DNA of 64,000 bases from Eledone cirrhosa (GCA_964016885.1 OZ024761.1:27342001-27406000); one strand, 5' to 3'. Shown: positions 14,905-29,447, numbered from the stretch's first letter. Notes: generated from the sequence alone by a model not told the origin. Translations and numbers: made by a program.

Positions 14905-16014
14905 GTGGTCAATTTCTTGGATGTCACCTTCAACCTTAATAACGGTAATATAGAGCCATTTCACAAACTTAATGAAAATATCAAGTACGTTAATGTAAAA
15001 TCGAACCATCCCCATTCCATTATTAAATCTATCCCTGAAAATATATCCATAAGGATCTGCCGACTGTCGTCTAATTTGCAGACCTTCAACGAGCATGCTG
15101 AATATTATAATGACGCACTTAGAAAAGCTGGTTACTGCGAGAAAATAGAATATCTAGACGATAACCACATAAGTACTATGAATAAAACACATCTAAGTCG
15201 AACTAGTATTGCACCACACACACACATCAATAGGCATACTAATAGGTGCAAACCAGCAAATAGAGTCAGACGTAGAGAGTACATATGGTATAACCCCGTG
15301 TACAATATTTCTATTAGCACTAAGATTATCTCACAATTCTATACACTAATCAATAAACACTTTACAACTTCACATAAATACTATAAAATCTTTAACTCGC
15401 TCACCATTAGACTCTCATACTCCACTGCACCTAACATAGAACAACTATTTAAAAAACTCAACTCAGCAATACTAAATAAGTACATCCCTAATGACTCAGC
15501 GCACCAGCATAGCAACATACAACGCACTAACACGCAACTACAACCCCACCAAACTATCCAGGATTCTACTGCAAAACATAAAAATAATTGTAACTGCACC
15601 AAACCAGGTACGTGCCCACTGAATAACCAGTGCCTAGCACGCAATATTGTCTACCGATGTACAATAAATTCCGGAACCAACAAATGGTATTACGTCGGAT
15701 GTACCGCAACTTCTTTCAAAGCTCGCCTATACCAACATCGATCTTCGATCAAGCACGAGAAAATGCGCTCCGTAACAACCCTCGCCGATAAAGCCTGGCA
15801 GCTCCGGAGGAACAATCAAGCATTCTCCCTTGATTGACAAATTATTGCAGCTGCGCCTGCATATAAGCAAAATCATCGATTCTGCAAATTATGCAATTTG
15901 GAGATATACTGCATTTTAACGTCGGTAAACAAACTTTTGAACAGCAAAATTGAACGTTCACTATACTGTAACGATCGTTTGAAAACGACTTTTTCTTTTT
16001 TTAAATGCATATAA
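14905..16014 (+). pseudogene. PLE RT C-terminus + GIY-YIG endonuclease
   Basis: [39 protein letters not shown]...YVGCTATSFKARLYQH. The frame continues past TGA 15835-15837 (Trp position) as QIIAAAPAY..FCKLCNLE..LLNSKIE..C to TAA 16014. Confidence 0.9.
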
Positions 16015-16423
16015 TGTTACCTTTTTACACCACCGTTTGCAAATTTCTGTTTTATATGTTTATACACAGGATATGGCTTTCTATAATAATAGTACTAAAC
16101 ACTGTTTTCTGGACCCCTTTAGAAATAACCTGCTACTATAATAGCCCCAATAACTTGTCTGTAACTCTGTACCACTTTGACCCCTTTAACTAAATTTTGT
16201 CCGAACAACACCACTAGAAGAATTTACTTCCCCCGCCAACCCTAACACGCCTCATTAAGCTAACTGCTGCAAAACATTCTCTCCTTACAATCTCTACTAG
16301 TCTGACAGTCTTAAATCCTAGGGCTCCCTCCCACTTACTAACTTCCCTCTTCCCCTTCTCTTCCTACCTCCTTCTTTCTCTTTTATCTAGTGTATAAAAT
16401 ATTTTCATATCATTCCAATACAA

Positions 16424-16540
16424 AGGTCTGACGACATGGTGTGTTTGCTTGCAGTGTACCTTCGGTTTATGATAATATTTTTATATTATTCAAATAGCGA
16501 GGTATAGGTAACCCATACACTATAGAAACAATTGTTACCT
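16424..16540 (+). ncRNA. Hammerhead ribozyme with ~90 nt stem II (PLE 2 pLTR)
   Basis: AGGT CTGACGA [cATGGTGTG...TGTACCTTCG...CGAGGTATA...TACACTATa] GAAA CAATTG TT ACCT. Confidence 0.8.
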
Positions 16541-16584
16541 AATAAATTCTTTATACCCGCATTTCCGTTTCATAAACTTCTTCT

Positions 16585-16640
<56 letters not shown>

Positions 16641-16835
16641 GAGGGTCGGATGCCATACTTTGCAGCATAGAGCTACGGCCCTTTATGATCTGAGTTCAAA
16701 TCCCGCCGAGGTTAACTTTGCCTTTCATCCTTTCAGGGTCGATAAAATAAAGTACCAGTCACGCACTGGGGTCGATTTAATCGACTTTCCCCTTCCCCAA
16801 AATTGCTGGTCTTGTGCCTATATAAGAAACCATTA
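16641..16835 (+). mobile_element. tRNA-derived SINE (5'-truncated)
   Basis: GAGTTCAAATCCCGCCGAGGTTAACTTTGCCTTTCATCC...GTACCAG. Confidence 0.85.
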
Positions 16836-16890
16836 TATATATATATAAATGTATGTATACGTATATATATACGTATATATATATAAGTAT

Positions 16891-16976
<86 letters not shown>

Positions 16977-17014
16977 GTGTATGTATACGTATATATATAT
17001 ATGTGTATGTATAC

Positions 17015-17066
<52 letters not shown>

Positions 17067-17074
17067 ATGTATAC

Positions 17075-17128
<54 letters not shown>

Positions 17129-17177
17129 ACGTATATATATATATACACGTATATATATATGTATATATATATGTACG

Positions 17178-17470
17178 TGTAGTGACCTACATTCCGCGGG
17201 CTCACATACATTCTCTGTGCGTGATTTGGCTCAGCTCAGCCAATCAGCGCCAGCAGAAGAGGATGTATCCCTACGCGTCCTGAGAGAGAAATTACCCGCG
17301 AAGATTTGAAGAATCTCTCTCTCTCGCACCAGGGACTTCGAACCAGCAACACGTACATGTGACGGTGAGATTTTGCACCTTAACCTTATTATATCTGTAT
17401 CGAATTTAATTAGTGGTTGGCCTGCAGTGGCGTTTACCAAAGTAAATAACCCTGTGACCAATTCTCTATA
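17178..17470 (+). repeat. 5' LTR
   Basis: TGTAGTGACC...TTCTCTATA. Two mismatches seen against the 3' LTR. Confidence 0.95.
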
Positions 17471-17471
17471 T

Positions 17472-17484
17472 TGGTGACCCCGAC
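17472..17484 (+). promoter_or_regulatory. Primer-binding site, tRNA-Trp
   Basis: TGGTGACCCCGAC is complementary to the 3' end of eukaryotic tRNA-Trp (GTCGGGGTCACCA). Confidence 0.85.
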
Positions 17485-17783
17485 TAAGAACAACTTGCCT
17501 TGCAAGCATAGTTTTCCCGCGTACAGCTTGTCTTCTTCAATCCCAGCTATCTGATTGGCTGCATCGTGCTACATGACGGCTTCTTCATCACAAACACATT
17601 TTTCAATCAGCCATCTTGGGATTTTCTTACCAAATAATTTTCATGGAAAATAATTTTTTTTATTATTCAAATTTTATTTTGGCTGGCGAGAATTTTCAGA
17701 AGGAATTTCAGTTGAATTCGCGTGAATAAGATTTTGGATTCCAGTGTCACTTTTTGGTCGCATAGCTGCTTCGAAGAAATAAT

Positions 17784-18629
17784 TTGGCCTTAAAATTAAT
17801 CAAATATTTGGGCATCATGAATCCACATCATTTGCCGTCCTGGTTATGGTTTTTGCAGCTTGAATGCTATTTTGATTTAACCAAAACCAAAGAACAGCAT
17901 AAACTGAAGGTACTAGTTAGTGGCTTGCCTGTGTCGTTGGCATATTCCGTGAAGGATGTGGTAACCAATTTAGCCGCAAACGTTACTTATGGCTCGTTGA
18001 AAGGGGAAATTATTCGGAGGAATACCAAGTCAGCGGAAAGTCGTTTCCGGGAATTGTTAGATGATGCGCAAATGGGTGACAGGACGCCAAGCTCCTATTT
18101 GCGACATCTGCGGGAGTTAAGCGACTCCCAGGGGATGGACACCCCATTCCTCAAACAACTATTTTTCTCTCGTTTACCGCCAAGTGCGCAAATGATCTTG
18201 GTCAATAATTTGGAGAGGGAATCGTTAGATCAACTTGCCGCATCCGCGGATAGAATACTAGAGGTGGACTCTAACAGCAGTCGGCATAATCCTTGTGTGG
18301 CTTCTTCTTCTGTTCCCCCACGCAATTCTTCTGTGGCCGACAGCAAACTGTTGGAGATGATCGAAGCGCTTACCAAAAAAGTGGAGGATTTGACCGTACA
18401 ACAGAGAGAGCCTTCTCAACGTTTAAGGTACCGTTCGTCTCCGTCTGCTATTCCTCGAAACCGCTACGAGTACCGTTCGCCATCGTCTTCTGTTCCTCGC
18501 CAACACTACACTTCAGGCAGCAGTAATTCTTCGATTTGTTGGTATCATGTTAACTTTGGCAGTCGGGCGCAGCGCTGTCGGGCGCCTTGTAACTATAGGA
18601 GTTCGGAAAACGCCAATCAGAGCCACTAG
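17784..18629 (+). CDS. gag: Gypsy gag-like protein
   Basis: [39 protein letters not shown] and the C-terminal [18 protein letters not shown] motif. Confidence 0.88.
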   Translation: MALKLIKYLGIMNPHHLPSWLWFLQLECYFDLTKTKEQHKLKVLVSGLPVSLAYSVKDVVTNLAANVTYGSLKGEIIRRNTKSAESRFRELLDDAQMGDRTPSSYLRHLRELSDSQGMDTPFLKQLFFSRLPPSAQMILVNNLERESLDQLAASADRILEVDSNSSRHNPCVASSSVPPRNSSVADSKLLEMIEALTKKVEDLTVQQREPSQRLRYRSSPSAIPRNRYEYRSPSSSVPRQHYTSGSSNSSICWYHVNFGSRAQRCRAPCNYRSSENANQSH

Positions 18630-18648
18630 GGGCGGCTAGTGAACTCTG
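18605..18648 (+). promoter_or_regulatory. Putative -1 ribosomal frameshift signal
   Basis: G GAA AAC heptamer, a 6 nt spacer, then the hairpin CAGAG-c-CACTAG...CTAGTG-aa-CTCTG. The -1 frame is open into the protease. Confidence 0.7.
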
Positions 18649-21600
18649 GGAAACTCGACCAAACCGTCATCTTTTTGTGTACGATCTGCAGTCAAAAAAT
18701 GTTTTTCTTGTCGAGACTGGCGCGTCACTAAGTATTTGGCCAGTCAGTTATCTTAAAAAAAACCCATCTGAATCAAATATCAATTTACGAGCAATCAACA
18801 ACACCGCCATTCGAACGTACGGGCAAATTTCGCTTCCTCTTCGGTTTAAAAATTTGCGTCGTGAATTGAAGTGGAAGTTTACTATCGCCGACTTGCCATA
18901 CGCCATTTTGGGAGCGGATTTCCTCCACCATTTTTCCTTGTCGATTGACATCCGCAGACAACGACTTTTTGATGATAATACAGGCCTATCGTTCGAGGGT
19001 ACAAAGCCGGAGATCGCCACAGTAAGCCCTGTTTTTTTCTTGGCTGAAGTGGGCAACAAGTATCACAGTTTGTTAAAATCATTCACACAGCTGACGCAAG
19101 GAAGATTACGAATTGCTTGTCCGGATCATGTGATTGAACACTTTATATCCACTACAGGTCCACCTGTTTTCTCGCGTCCTCGAAGATTATCTGCAGAGAA
19201 GTTGAAAGCTGCACGTCTTGAATTCGACCACATGCTGGAATTAGGAATAATTCGGCGTTCCACTAGTCCTTGGGCATCGCCTCTACATATGGTACTTAAA
19301 TCTTCTGGTGATTGGAGACCGATGGGTGACTACCGACGCTTAAACGCGATTACTGTGCCTGACCGTTATCCAATCCCGCATTTGCAGGATTTTGCATCGT
19401 CATTGCAGGGTTCCAGAATCTTTTCTAAGCTTGATTTGATTCGCGCTTATAATTCCGGTTAAAAAGGAGGATATTCCAAAGACTGCTATTGCCACTCCTT
19501 TCGGATCATTCGAGTTCCTCACTATGCCTTTCGGACTTAGAAATGCTGCAAGTACCTTCCAACGATTCATGGATGATGTCACTCGTGGTCGCGATTTTGT
19601 TTACACGTATATCGATGATGTACTGATTGCTAGTTCTTCTCCTGAACAACATTCCAAACATCTGGATATCTTATTTCGGCGTTTACAGAAATATAATGTT
19701 CGTGTTAATGCCGCTAAGTGTGTTTTCGGCTCGACATCGCTAACATTTTTGGGCCATCTTATTGATGCCGATGGTATTCGGCCCCTTCCGGAAAAAGTTA
19801 AGGCAATTTTGGATTTGCCTCCGCCAAGTTTGCTTCGACAATTACGGAAATTCTTGGGCCTTGTGAATGTTTATAGGCAATCCGTGCCTAATTGTTCCAG
19901 CTTACTGTCCTCGTTGACAGAAATTTTTAAAAACTGCCGACAGAAGAATATGAACATTTCATTAAATGCAACGCACCTGGCGGATTTTGAGAAAGTGAAG
20001 AAAGCGTTAGCGACTGCATCTTTGCTCGCCCACCCCATGCCCAACGCCGAACTGTCGCTCTGTGTTGATGCTTCGGATAGCGCCGTGGGCGCAGTCTTAC
20101 AGCAGAAGTGTGAGGGGTTACAGCAACCACTCGAGTTCTTTTCGAGAAAGTTAAAGCCTGCCGAAACTCGCTATAGCACCTTTGGAAGGGAGCTATTAGC
20201 AATTTATTTATCAGTGAAACATTTTGCTCATGTACTTGAAGGTAGAATGTTCACAATTTTCACTGATCATAAACCTTTGACGTTTGCTCTTCGAACTAAA
20301 GCAGACAAATACTCGCCCAGAGAAACGAGACATCTGGACTTCATCTCACAGTTCACGAACGACATTCAACATATTCCGGGTTCTTTGAATACAGCGGCCG
20401 ATGCGCTGTCTCGCCTGCCGATCGCATCGATTTCGTCTTCCGAGGAAATAGATTTACATTGAATGGCAGCTGCTCAACCCACTCTCGAATCGTTGGATGT
20501 TACATCGCCAGAGTTTGTACATTGCAAACTGAAATACATTCCGATATCAACTGCTGACGGACAAATACTGTGTGATGTTTCGTTGGACTCACCACGACCT
20601 CTAGTCCCAGTGGAACATCGACGAACTGTTTCTCGCTTTACATGGCATTTCTCACTCTGGAGTATCAGCCTCAGTAAAACTCATAACAGCCAGATTTTTC
20701 TGGCCTGATATGAGACGTGACATTGCTGCTTGGTGCCGTTCCTGTGTCGCTTGCCAAAAGTCAAAGGTTTATAAGCACGTTAAAACTCCTCTCGGAACTT
20801 TCACTTGTCCTGATGCCAGATTTCGTCACATTCATGTGGACATCGTCGGCCCGTGGCCGATTAGTCGTGGTTATTCGTATATTTTGACGATCGTTGACCG
20901 TTTTTCGCGTTGGCCTGAAGCCATCCCTATGACAGATATCACTGCTGAAACGACAGCGCGTACTCTCGTATCTGCATGGATCGCTCGTTTTGGAGTACCA
21001 ACCACAATAACAACAGGCCGCGGTCGTCAATTTGAGTCGAACCTCTTCCGTGAATTAACACAAATTATTGGCGCTACTCGCATAAGAACCACGGCATATC
21101 ATCCAGCATCAAACGGAATGGTGAAAAGATTTCACAGACAGCTTAAAACCTCTTTAAGGGCTTCAATGGACTCTTCACGTTGGAGTGAGTACCTACCTAT
21201 TGTGTTGTTAGGTATTCGGTCGACAATAAAGGTGGACCTTGGGTTCTCCCCGGCCGAATTGATTTATGGTACTCCTCTTGCGTTACCTGGGCAAATGCTT
21301 GCTCCTGTTGATCTTGCTTCGCAGGACCCCGCTTCCTACGTGTCCCGGCTTCATTCTTACTTCCAGGATTTACCACCGATGGACACTAGGAAGCAAACTG
21401 TAAAAACTGCCGTCCCAAGGGATATTGCCTTGTGGACACATGTGTTCCTTAGAGACGACGCCGTGAGACCCCCTCTTCAACGGCCGTACTCTGGACCCTA
21501 TCGTGTGCTTGTTCGCACAGACAAACATTTCACACTGGACATTCGGGGTTCCAGGGAAACGGTTTCCGTTGATCGTCTCAAACGAGCAAACCTGGACAAT

Positions 21601-21717
21601 GACACAATGACACTTGAAACTCAAATGCCCCCTTCTTTTTCTTTGCCACATACGCCTATTTCTTCCCCCCCCCACCATCAACATACAGAACTACGATCCG
21701 TTCTGGGCGAAGGGTGA
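18605..21717 (+). pseudogene. pol: Gypsy pol (protease, RT, RNase H, integrase), disrupted
   Basis: FLVETGAS (D changed to E), [55 protein letters not shown] and PYSGPY. Frameshifts at about 19450 and 20630, TGA at 20460. Confidence 0.93.
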
Positions 21718-22109
21718 ATTGGCCCCGTAAGCTATGCAGTAATATAAACTGAATTGTATTCTTTTCTTCTTCCAATTGTTTTTGCTGTATATTTCATTGT
21801 GTTGCTTTTTGATTCCTGACTGCCTACGGCAGTGTCAATATATGTTATTTTTCGTAACATTACGACTGTTGTCAATTCTGACACAGTCCATTTTTTTAGT
21901 GCATTTTTATAGCTGTGCTACATATGGCATTTTCATTGCCTAGCAAAAACTTTGTTTGTGTTTATCGCATTTGCGGCCCCTTTATTGCGAAGAGTGTTAC
22001 CTTTTCATGCATTTTGCATCTTTTGCTGTACATTTTTTTTTTCTGTGTTAATGCTTGCAGACATGAACCTTTTTCTTGCTGATTCAATAATCTGTATCGA
22101 CTTCCGTTT

Positions 22110-22119
22110 AGAAGGGGGG
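22110..22119 (+). promoter_or_regulatory. Polypurine tract
   Basis: AGAAGGGGGG, 3 nt upstream of the 3' LTR. Confidence 0.85.
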
Positions 22120-22122
22120 TAT

Positions 22123-22415
22123 TGTAGTGACCTACATTCCGCAGGCTCACATACATTCTCTGTGCGTGATTTGGCTCAGCTCAGCCAATCAGCGCCAGCA
22201 GAAGAGGATGTATCCCTACGCGTCCTGAGAGAGAAATTACCCGCGAAGATTTGAAGAATCTCTCTCTCTCGCACCAGGGACTTCGAACCAGCAACACGTA
22301 CATGTGACGGTGAGATTTTGCACCTTAACCTTATTATATCTGTATCGAATTTAATTAGTGGTTGGCCTGCAGTGGCGTTTACCAAAGTAAATAACCCTGT
22401 GAACAATTCTCTATA
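22123..22415 (+). repeat. 3' LTR
   Basis: 293 bp direct repeat of 17178-17470. Confidence 0.95.
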
Positions 22416-22429
22416 TATGTATATGTATA

Positions 22430-22558
<129 letters not shown>

Positions 22559-22599
22559 ATGTATATATATATATATATATATAAATATATATGTATACG

Positions 22600-22633
<34 letters not shown>

Positions 22634-22640
22634 TTTATGT

Positions 22641-22698
<58 letters not shown>

Positions 22699-22738
22699 AA
22701 GTATATATATATATATATATTATATGTATGTATGTATG

Positions 22739-24164
22739 TTTTCTCTTTCTCTTAATTTCGAGTATATTTTTTTGACCGGCCACCTTCCTGGTGGCAAGGT
22801 TGTAAAAGAAAAGAAATTGTCATCCCTTGAATCGCAAGAATGTTTTGCATATTTTGAAGGTGCCAGCTATCGCAGCCATTTGTAGACTATGAATTAGGGA
22901 GCTGCGCTTTTTGTCCGCAAATCCAAGTTCGGTCATACTTTGGTCCAAGCGGGTTGGTATATAACCCGTAGCACCAATAATGATGGGTATGAAGCTAAAG
23001 GTGTATCTTGGATACTGGATTTGTAAGCTCCTCATCAATGGTCCGTAGATGTCCTCCTTCTCCTGTATTTTTCTGACAACGTTTACATCAAGTGGGCAGC
23101 TGATCTCCACAACAGAACACGTTTTCAATGTGTGGTCCCAAACTACAATATCAGGCCGGTTGTGCTTTAATTTGGTGGCAGTTTTTATTTTCAGGTTCCA
23201 CCAGTATTCCTTAGTGCCATCTGTCTCAATATATTCTTCCTCGTTTGTTGTTAATTTTGTTTTCCGAAGTGCGTTCCAGATAGTTCTAGCTATCCCATCG
23301 TGTCTCATGGGAGGTAGTAGCGAGATGACATTCTTTCGCAGCTGGCAACAATGTGGCTTACATCCTCGATCTTTGTTTTACATAGCCTACATTTATTGTC
23401 AGCTGCTGGCCCTCCTCTTTTGTGCAGCAGATATTTGGTAGGGAGTTCTTGTTCCTGTATTGCATAGAGATATCCCTCAAGGTGTGATGTCATAAACTTG
23501 TCGGAACTCCATGCCAGGCTTTTTGAGTGGTTTATCCCCTCTATGGTCTGTGTTTTACGCCTCAAGTATCCATGCACAACTTTCTCTGTAAATTGGTCAA
23601 TTTTTTTTTCTTGTTTGAACATTGAATAGGATCTTCCGATTTCTCTGGGTGAGAGATTTATATCAGGCTTTATTCCATATCTCTCCTCCAGATCAGTCGC
23701 TATTCTAATGATATTTCTTTTTTCATGCTCATAAACCTGAGCAAGATGGTCGCCAACCTTTTTCCTCTGTTGAAGGTGTTGCTTCAGTGTTACTATCCGG
23801 GTCTCATATGTTGTTAATATTGATTTTAGACCCCGGCCACCTTCCTTGCGTGAGAAGTATAGCCTATCCACATCACCATTGATGTTAAAGTTCCCAGTAA
23901 CACTGAGAAGTTTACGAGTTCTAACATCCATCTCACTTAGTTCTTGCAATGACCAGTTCAGTAGGCCAAATGTTGGCGTTATAATTGGCACAGCATAGGT
24001 ATTGTGGGCAATGTATTTGTTGTATGCTGACAGTTCTGATGACCATATTTTTTTTACTCTTCTGAGGTATTCAGTTCTGGTTCTCTCCTTATTTATGGGT
24101 CCATCATATCTGACATTCTCATCCTGTCCAAGATATCTGTAGTTGTCACCTGACTGCAGAGGTT
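22739..24164 (-). mobile_element. R4/Dong-like non-LTR retrotransposon (RLE type), 5'-truncated
   Basis: YRYLGQDE, RLYFSRKEGGRGL, CRLC...EDVSHIVASC, RHD, HNRPDIVVWD and VVEISCP. One frameshift at about 23307. (CATA)n on both sides. Confidence 0.88.
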
Positions 24165-24428
24165 GTATGTATGTATGTATGTATGTATGTATGTATGTAT
24201 GTATGTATGTATGTATGTATGTATGTATGTATGTATGTATGTGTATTGACACAGTAGACACATTTCCGTTTCTCGTGGCACATCTTAACTAAACCGAAAA
24301 ATGTGGCATTTTTCAGGAAAGTGCTCGATAAATAATTGAAATAAATTTAGATAGAGCTATGGCGTCGTCTCTCTGTAAGATTGAACGGAAACTGTAGAAT
24401 TTTGATTATGCAGCACTAAGTGTAAGTC

Positions 24429-24493
<65 letters not shown>

Positions 24494-24577
24494 ACATATC
24501 TATATATATATATCTATATATATCTATATATCTATACATATATATGTATATATATATATATATACATATATATGTAA

Positions 24578-24616
<39 letters not shown>

Positions 24617-24652
24617 CATAAATATGTAAATATATATATATATGTATACATA

Positions 24653-24737
<85 letters not shown>

Positions 24738-24764
24738 CGTAAAATAAGAAAATTATAAAATTAA

Positions 24765-24862
<98 letters not shown>

Positions 24863-24978
24863 TATGTTTGTGTATGTATGTATGTATATATATATATATA
24901 TGTATACATATGCATATAAATATACAGATATATGTATTGATATTTACACATATACATAAACGTTTACACACAAATATA

Positions 24979-25237
<259 letters not shown>

Positions 25238-25449
25238 GTCATATTTGTAAACTTATAAAGAGACACCTATGTACTTTTTGTGAAACGATATAAACATAAA
25301 ACACACACACACATCATCTCTTTCTTACATAAACACATTCACAACACCCACTATCACACACACACACACACACACTTTCTCACGCACGCATGCACCCACA
25401 CACACACATGTAATCTCACACACAGGCAGATAGACACATCGCTGCCAAT

Positions 25450-25775
25450 ACTACCGCTACCACCACTACCACCACTACCACCACTACCACCACTACCACC
25501 ACTACCACCGCTACCACCACTACCACCACTACCACCACTACACCCGCTACCACCACTACCACCACTATCACCACTACCACCACTACCACCACTACCACCA
25601 CTACCACCACTACCACCACTACCACCACTACCACCACTACCACCGCTACCACCACTACCACCACTACCACCACTACACCCGCTACCACCACTACCACCAC
25701 TACCACCGCTACCACCACTACCACCACTACACCCGCTACCACCACTACCACCACTACCACCACTACCACCACCAA
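25450..25775. repeat. (CCACTACCA)n 9 bp repeat
   Basis: Direct reading. Confidence 0.9.
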
Positions 25776-26155
25776 TGTCATCATTCGATAGACACTACCA
25801 CCATTACCAGACCCACACAGCCTCATCGCCATCATAACAAGCATCACCATCAACAACATTACCATTGCCACATCACCACCACCACCACCACCACCACCAC
25901 CACCACCACCACTACCACCACCACCACTACCACCACCATTACCACAAGACCAACACCATCACACCACCATCATCAAGAAACGTTGCCCCTCACCACCACC
26001 ACAACCTATACCATAACTGTAAAGACACCACCACCACCACCACCACCTCCACCACTATCCATCGTCATCATACTCCGCCACCACACCACCTTCTTCTCAT
26101 CTCTTCACTCCTTCTTATGTATATTATTATGTCACTTATGTCATTTGAGTTATTA

Positions 26156-26211
<56 letters not shown>

Positions 26212-26231
26212 GATATATATTTATATATATG

Positions 26232-26269
<38 letters not shown>

Positions 26270-26455
26270 TGTATATGTATATATACATATGTATATATAT
26301 ATATATGTATATATTTATATATATGTGTATATATATATATGTATATATTTATATATGTATATATATATATGTATATATTTATATATGTATATATATATAT
26401 ATATGTGTGTGTATATTTATATATGTATATATATATATATATATGTATATATTTA

Positions 26456-26498
<43 letters not shown>

Positions 26499-26517
26499 AT
26501 ATATATATATGTATATA

Positions 26518-26698
<181 letters not shown>

Positions 26699-26757
26699 GT
26701 ATGTATATATATATGTATGTGCATGTGTGTGTATGTGACAGCCAATCTTTTCACTTT

Positions 26758-26817
<60 letters not shown>

Positions 26818-27044
26818 ATATAAATAATATATATTGCCTCCATAATGGACGAAGATGAAAAGATATCTTTACTAACAACCGAGACAGATTTTTCACGAGA
26901 AACGGTTTGTGCAAGGAATCTCCATAGGATATAACTATGTCTAAAGCATAAAATACGGTGTGGTGGTGATCTTGGAATAGATTGGAAACATTAAGTACTT
27001 GGAAGGACAATGGTAAAAAGACGGAGGTTTAAAGAACGATATTG

Positions 27045-28930
27045 GGGGTGGTTGTGGTGGTGGTGGTTGTGGTGGTGGTGACGGTGATGGTTGTGGTGGT
27101 GGTGGTGGTTGTGGTGGTGGTTGTGGTGGTGGTTGTGGTGGTGGTGATGGTGGTGGTTGTGGTGACGGTGATGTTTGTGGTGGTGGTTGTGGTAATGGTT
27201 GTGGTGTTGGTTGTGGTGGTGGTTGTGGTGACGGGGGTGGTTGTACTGGTGGTTGTGGTGGTGGTTGTGGTGGTGGTTGTGGTGACGGTGGTTGTGGTGA
27301 TGGTTGTGGTGGTGGTTGTGGTGGTGGTTGTGGTGGTGGTTGTGGTGGTGGTTGTGGTGGCGGTTGTGGAAACGGGGGTGGTTGTGGTTGTGGTGGTGGT
27401 TGTGGTGGTGGTTGTGGTTGTGGTTGTGGTGGTGGTTGTGGTGGTTGTGCTGATGGTTGTCGTGGTGGTTGTGGTGATGGTTGTCGTGGTGGTTGTGGTG
27501 GTGGTTGTGGTGACGGTGATGGTTGTGGTGGTGGTTGTGGTTGTGGTAGTGGTTGTGGTGGTGGTTGTGGTGGTGGTTGTGGTGGCGGTGATGGTGGTGG
27601 TTGTGGTGACGGTGATGTTTGTGGTGGTGGTTGTGGTGACGGTGATGGTTGTGGTGGTGGTTGTGGTGGTGGTTGTGGTGACGGTTGTAGTGACGGTGAT
27701 GGTTGTGGTGGTGGTTGTGGTGATGGTTGTGGTGGTGGTTGTGGTGACGTTGATAGTTGTGGTGGTGGTTGTGGTGGTGGTTGTGGTGACGGTGATGGTT
27801 GTGGTGATGGTTGTGGTGACGTAGATGGTTGTGGTGGTGGTTGTGGTGACGGTTGTGGTGACGGTGATGGTTGTGTTGGTGGTTTGTGGTGGTGGTTGTG
27901 GTGACGGTTGTGGTGGTGATGGTTGTGTTGGTGATTGTTGTTGTGGTGGTGATGATTGTGGTGGAGATGGTTGTGGTGGTAGAGATAGTAGAGGGGATGC
28001 GTGTGGTTGTGGTGACGATGGTCGTAGGCGTGAGGCGGTGGTGTGAAGTTGTTGTTGTGTGTATATGTGTATGTGTATATCTATATGTGTGTATGTGTGT
28101 GTTTATGTGTGTGTATATGTGTATAAAGTACTAGAAAGCAATAAATGCCACTTAATAATACAGAATGAAGGGGAAAATAAATGTATTCAATATGATGTGT
28201 TTAAATATCCCTAAATTGTGAACCAAATAGACAAAAATTATTGTGAAAGAAACTTTAACCGCAAACATCACTAGAAATGGTTGTGACATGCGCAAAGATG
28301 TACAACATAGCTTGAGTGTAGGAAGTGGCGGTGGTGGTTGTGGTGATGGTGTGGTTGTGTTGGTGGTGGTGGAAGTGTTGGTCATGTGTTGGTGTTGGGG
28401 TGGTGAGATTTTGATGGTGATGAGGTTGTGGTGGTGGTGATGTTTATGGTGGTGGTGATGTTTATGGTGGTGGCGATGTTGTGGTGGTGGTGATGTTGTG
28501 GTGGTGGTGGTGGTGTTGTGGTGGTGGTGATGTTGTGGTGGTGGTGGTGTTGTTGTGGTGGCGGTGATGTTGTGGTGGTGGTGATGTTGTGGTGGTGGTG
28601 ATGTTGTGGTGGTGGTGGTGGTGGTGATGTTGTGGCGGTTGTCTTGGTGATTGTGTTGGCGGTGGTTGTTTTGATGGTGGATGTGCTGGTAGTGTGTCGG
28701 TGTTGGTGGTGATGAGTTTGTTGGTTGTGTTGGTGGAGGTGTTGGTAGTGGTGGTTATGCTGGTGGTGGTGAGGTTTTGATGGTGGTGAGGTTGTGGTTG
28801 GGGTGATGTTGTGGTGGCGGTTGTGTTGTGTTGATGGTGGTCGTGTGTGTAGTGTTTTGGTATTGGTGGTAAGCTTGTTTGTTGCGGTGGTGGTGGTGGT
28901 GGTGTTGGTGTTGTGGGTGGTGGTGGGGGT
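27045..28930. repeat. (GGT/GTT/GAT)n degenerate trinucleotide tracts
   Basis: Direct reading, interrupted by unique DNA at about 28050-28320. Confidence 0.85.
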
Positions 28931-29148
28931 GTGGAGGTATTGAAAATCAATCAATATGGTCTGTGACAGCCAAAAATCTCTCCGCCATTGTAGAGTCTGT
29001 GGTTGTAAGAACCTAATGAGTGTCGTTTCTTTTATAAGGAAACCAGCGAATGTCAACCATAGAAGGCTCTCATAGAAACTGTATCTTCCGTTTTGTGGTA
29101 GCTATTTAGACGTCTTGTAAAACAGACACACAATACATACGTACATTC

Positions 29149-29248
<100 letters not shown>

Positions 29249-29279
29249 ATATATATTTATCTCTCTATATATATGTATG

Positions 29280-29310
<31 letters not shown>

Positions 29311-29317
29311 ATGTATG

Positions 29318-29447
<130 letters not shown>

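Larger units (their letters stand above)
14903..16587 (+). mobile_element. Naiad-type Penelope-like retroelement 2 (5'-truncated, different family)
   Basis: RT thumb plus GIY-YIG ORF, 3' UTR and an HHR at 16424-16540. Flanked by (TA)n. Confidence 0.88.
17178..22415 (+). mobile_element. Full-length Gypsy/Ty3 LTR retrotransposon
   Basis: Two 293 bp LTRs, PBS, gag, PR-RT-RH-IN domain order, PPT and a 4 bp TSD (TACG/TATG). Confidence 0.97.

Noticed and set aside
15835-15837. In-frame TGA in the PLE 2 endonuclease as selenocysteine
   Set aside because: It aligns to the conserved Trp of the xWxI motif rather than a Cys, so a TGG>TGA nonsense change is simpler.
28940-29120. Host exon on the minus strand (also 4250-4500 and 26830-27040)
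   Set aside because: No convincing paired splice sites or recognisable protein motif.
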